From an uncultured delta proteobacterium (GTDB taxonomy: Bacteria > Myxococcota_A > UBA9160 > SZUA-336), in assembly GCA_963707945.1 (NCBI GenBank), contig CAVPRM010000002.1, forward strand, positions 1,768,617 through 1,832,616: a stretch of DNA of 64,000 nucleotides, in the 5' to 3' direction. Made by a program: the position numbers and the translations under genes. This document shows, piece by piece, positions 61,204-64,000 of this stretch. Position 1 is the stretch's first letter; each line of letters starts with the position of its first letter. The notes beneath the pieces are model-generated. The model was not told the DNA's origin, did not search any database, and saw only the letters and a list, made by a program, of their open reading frames with translations.

Positions 61204-62047
61204 CTAGCGGTTCCCCGTCGCGATCCAGGTGGCATACCCGAGCGCGACACCCTTCGGCGTCGCTCGCGCCGCGAGCACCTCGCGAATCGACGCGGCGACC
61301 GCCGCGCGCACGGCTTCGGGCGCCTGCGCCAGCGCCGCGCCGACCGGTCCCATCTCGGTCACGAAGGCGACCGCCTCGTCGACGGTGCGCCCGAGCGTGA
61401 GCTCGCCGGTGTGCGGCTCGAGCGCCGGCCGGCTGAAGCCGGCCCGCTCGAGGATGCCGCGCACGCGCGCGGGGTCGGCGAAGGCGAACGGCCCCGGCGC
61501 GTTGGGCGGGGGCGGCGCCGCGGGCGGCACGTGCTTCATGAGCGCGGCCATCGGCACGTTGACCCAGGGATTCTGCGTGATCGACTGCCAACACAGGAAA
61601 GCGACGCGGCCGCCGGGCCGCAGCGCGCGCGCCAGGTTGGCGAACGCCGCCTCCGGGTCGGCGAAGAACATGACGCCGAAGCGCGAGAACACGAGATCCG
61701 CGCTGCGCCGGCGGGAAGGCGTGCGTCTGCGCGTCGGCGTTCTCGAAACGCAGGTTCGCGCGGCCCTGCGCCTTCTCGCGCGCGCGCTCGAGCATGGGCG
61801 TGGAGATGTCGACGCCCAGCACGGAGCCCGTCGGCCCGACCCGCTCCCCGAGCTGCTGCGAGGTCTGCCCGACTCCGCAGCCGACGTCGATCACGCGCTC
61901 GCCCGCGCGCGGCGCGGCGCGCTCGATGGCCGCGAGCCCGAGCGGCCCGATCAACGCATCCATCGCGGTGTTGTTGGCGACCCACTTCGGGCCGGCCTGC
62001 TTGTTCCAGTACTCGATCTGCTCCGAGTTCGGACCGCTGGCTTCCAT
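61204..62047 (-). pseudogene. Class I SAM-dependent methyltransferase interrupted by one extra base near 61702
   Basis: 62047-61703 encodes MEASGPNSEQIEYWNKQAGPKWV...RVIDVGCGVGQTS...LRFENADAQTHAFPPAQ. From 61701 (+1 frame) it continues ADLVFSRFGVMFFADPEAAFANLARALRPGGRVAFLCW...ATGNR*. Confidence 0.8.
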
Positions 62048-62092
62048 CGCGCGACTCCTCTTGGAAAGCCGATTCTAGGCGACTCGAACCCC

Positions 62093-62122
62093 TTGACCGC
62101 CAGGCGAAAATAGAGCGAAAAT
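62093..62122 (+). promoter_or_regulatory. Promoter candidate (TTGACC, 18 nt, GAAAAT) containing a direct repeat GCGAAAAT-N3-GCGAAAAT
   Basis: TTGACC at 62093-62098. GCGAAAAT at 62104-62111 and 62115-62122 (11-bp phasing). The element lies in the divergent gap between the methyltransferase and the imuA-like gene, and it is the only A-rich patch there. Confidence 0.3.
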
Positions 62123-62128
62123 GCGCTG

Positions 62129-62907
62129 GTGCGCTCGAGCTCGGCAGAACCCCTCGCTCTCCCCCGCGTCGATCGGCTCCGCGAGATGCTGGTCGAGGCG
62201 GGATTGGCGGATCAGGTTCGCGTCGGAGCTTCGGGTCCCCCACCCGAGGCTGCGCCGGTCTCGAGAACCCATCGCACGACAGAAGAAAGGCAAACCCCCG
62301 GGGCGGAGGAGGCGTTTTCCCCGGACGTCCTCCTCCGTCCCAACTCGCGCGCCGAGCACGGCGTCTCGGGCCGACGGGGCGGCTGATCGAGCTGGGCGGC
62401 TCTCGCTCGTCGGGCGCGACCGCGCTCGCCCACCGCATGGCCGCGTTCGCGTCGGCGCAGGGCGACCTGGTCGGCTGGGTCGATCTGCCGAACGCGCTCG
62501 ATCCCCGCTACCTGCAGCGCGCCGGCGTGCGGCTCGCCGACGTCCTCTGGGCGCGCCCGCCGAGTCTGCAGGCGGCGCTGCGCACGGCGGAGCTCATGAT
62601 CAAGACGGGCTTCGCGCTCGTGGTGCTCGACCTCGAAGGCGCGCTCGCGCGCGATGTCGCCCGGCTCTCGGCGTCGGTCTGGACCCGGCTCGCCCGCGCG
62701 CTGCGCGAGTCGCGCGCAACGGCGCTCGTGCTCGGCTCACGCGGCGCCGCGGGAACCTTCGCGTCGCTCGGCGCGCGCGCCGAGCGCACCCGGGCGCTCT
62801 TCGACGCGGGCCTCTTCGAGGGACTCGAGAGCCGGCTCGAAGTGGTGCGCCGTCGCACGGGGCCGCCGCCGGCGGATCTACGGTTCGCCGTCTTCCAAAG
62901 GCCCTAG
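62129..62907 (+). CDS. ImuA-like RecA-fold protein (no Walker A lysine), split across two frames (62129-62386 and 62383-62907)
   Basis: The C-terminal segment is (L)IELGGSRSSGATALAHRMAAFASAQGDLVGWVDLPNALDPRYLQRAGVRLADVLWARPPSLQAALRTAELMIKTGFALVVLDLEG...ATALVLGS. This matches my recollection of ImuA/SulA-like RecA-fold proteins. The N-terminal 85 codons (VRSSSAEPLALPRVDRLREMLVEAG...) are in another frame ending at TGA 62384-62386. Confidence 0.5.
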
Positions 62908-63479
62908 ACGGCCGACGCGCGCTCGCGGGCGGCGACGTCGAGCTGTGCCGCGCCGAGGCGCTCCTGGAGAGCGTCGAGGCCTCGCTTGCGCGCGAAGTCC
63001 GCCTCGCGCGCCGTGATCGGCACGAGCCAGATGAAGCGCACGGTGCGCTCGCGGTCGGAGAGCCACTCGAACTCGGGGCCGAAGGTCGACGGCAGCGCGA
63101 CGATCAGATGGTCGGCGCTCGCGCCGGGCAGCCACGGATGGCCGATCTCGAGCACCTGGCCGAGCGAGAGCGGGTAGCGCGGGTCGGCGTGCAGGTTCGC
63201 GACCATCGCGACGAGCTTCGCCGCGTGCGGCTCGGCCGACGGCGCGCACAGCGCGAACTCGAGCCCGTAGCCGTCCTCCATGGGCTCGGCGGACGCGCCC
63301 GAGCTGACGTAGAGCCAGGGCGTGCCGCGCTCCGACGCGGGCGGCGCCAGCTCCCAGACCGCGAGCTCGGGCAGGTTCACGACGAGGCTGCCGCCCGACA
63401 GGTCGGCGCGCGCGAGCGCTCGCTCGGGGAAGACGCGCGCGAGGTGCGCGCGCACGGGATCGAGACCGGCGTCTGCCAT
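62904..63479 (-). CDS. Suppressor-of-fused (SUFU-like) domain protein
   Basis: 191 aa from internal ATG 63477-63479 (MADAGLDPVRAHLARVFPE...). PWLYVSSGAS, GLEFALC and VRFIWLVPITAREADFARKRGLDALQERL resemble bacterial SUFU-domain proteins. Confidence 0.65.
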   Translation of the reverse strand: MADAGLDPVRAHLARVFPERALARADLSGGSLVVNLPELAVWELAPPASERGTPWLYVSSGASAEPMEDGYGLEFALCAPSAEPHAAKLVAMVANLHADPRYPLSLGQVLEIGHPWLPGASADHLIVALPSTFGPEFEWLSDRERTVRFIWLVPITAREADFARKRGLDALQERLGAAQLDVAARERASAV

Positions 63480-63480
63480 G

Positions 63481-63957
63481 CTACGGGGCGCGCAGGATCG
63501 CGAGCACGCGCGCCGCGCGCTCGGAGTGGACGATCTCCTCGCGGCCGTTCTGGCGCAGCAGCTTCTGGACCTCGGGGTCGGGCTCGCGATCGGCCCACTT
63601 CTGATAGCCCGCGTCACCGGCGATCTCGCCCGCGACGATCCCCTCGAAGAGCTCGGGAGTGACCTTCTCGGGCAGCGGGATCGGGAACGTCTCGAGATCC
63701 GCGCCGGCCGGCTCGTAGTCGCGGCCGAGCTTCTTCCCGATCGCGCGGCGCACGCGCTCGGCGTGGCCGCGCTCCTCGCGCGCGTTGCGCAGCAAGAGGT
63801 CGGCGGCGTCGGGGTTCTCGAGCTTCGCGGCGAGCTTCTCGTAGAAGGTCTCGCCGACCCGCTCGACCCGGTACACCTTGCGCAGCGCCTCGACGTCGAG
63901 CGCGTCGAATTCGTAGATCTCGGCTACCGCCGCGAAGAAGTCCCTTGGCTCCGCCAT
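63481..63957 (-). CDS. Ferritin-like/rubrerythrin-like diiron-fold protein
   Basis: 158-aa ORF with two E-x-x-H motifs (REERGHAERV and REEIVHSERA) in helical context. Confidence 0.6.
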   Translation of the reverse strand: MAEPRDFFAAVAEIYEFDALDVEALRKVYRVERVGETFYEKLAAKLENPDAADLLLRNAREERGHAERVRRAIGKKLGRDYEPAGADLETFPIPLPEKVTPELFEGIVAGEIAGDAGYQKWADREPDPEVQKLLRQNGREEIVHSERAARVLAILRAP

Positions 63958-64000
63958 CGCGCCCTCCGGCGCGGATCTTACGTCAATTCGCCTGAGCGAG

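Overview
This is a high-GC bacterial chromosomal segment. Spot counts on single 60-nt lines give about 57-63% GC in a few genes and about 72% elsewhere. It is densely coding on both strands. I can support about 60 protein genes, including one small ribosomal protein gene (rpmG) that the ORF track misses. I found no rRNA, tRNA, CRISPR array, transposase, integrase or phage genes. Lipoboxes, periplasmic signal peptides, PlsB and HupE-type permeases point to a diderm (Gram-negative) host. The lineage cannot be assigned without a database search.

Gene content falls into four themes:
- Acyl-CoA and lipid metabolism: five acyl-CoA dehydrogenases (one apparent alpha/beta pair), two crotonases, a CaiB-type CoA-transferase, an acyl-CoA synthetase, a thioesterase and PlsB.
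- Envelope and polysaccharide genes: GT2, GT4, FkbM methyltransferase, a Wzx-like flippase, an LtaS/sulfatase-like transferase, RfbA and PAP2.
- Heme O/A synthesis: ctaB and ctaA plus a cytochrome c lipoprotein.
- Sulfur assimilation: cysH.

The most unusual observations are:
1. An AraC-flanked, tightly coupled periplasmic operon encoding arylsulfatase, a small membrane protein, DUF3604, a PpiC-type PPIase and three HupE/UreJ-type paralogs. I do not know a described system with this composition.
2. At least 12 single-base +1 reading-frame breaks in otherwise well-conserved genes. Eight lie within 58.69-61.70 kb, and six of those are in one acyl-CoA synthetase gene.
3. Three junctions where the only sensible downstream start is CTG inside a CTGA stop/start overlap.
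4. An orphan imuA-like gene split across two frames, with an 11-bp-phased direct repeat in its promoter region.

All product calls rest on motif recognition in the translated ORFs, since no database search was possible. Many long ORFs in the supplied track are GC-driven antisense or out-of-frame artefacts.
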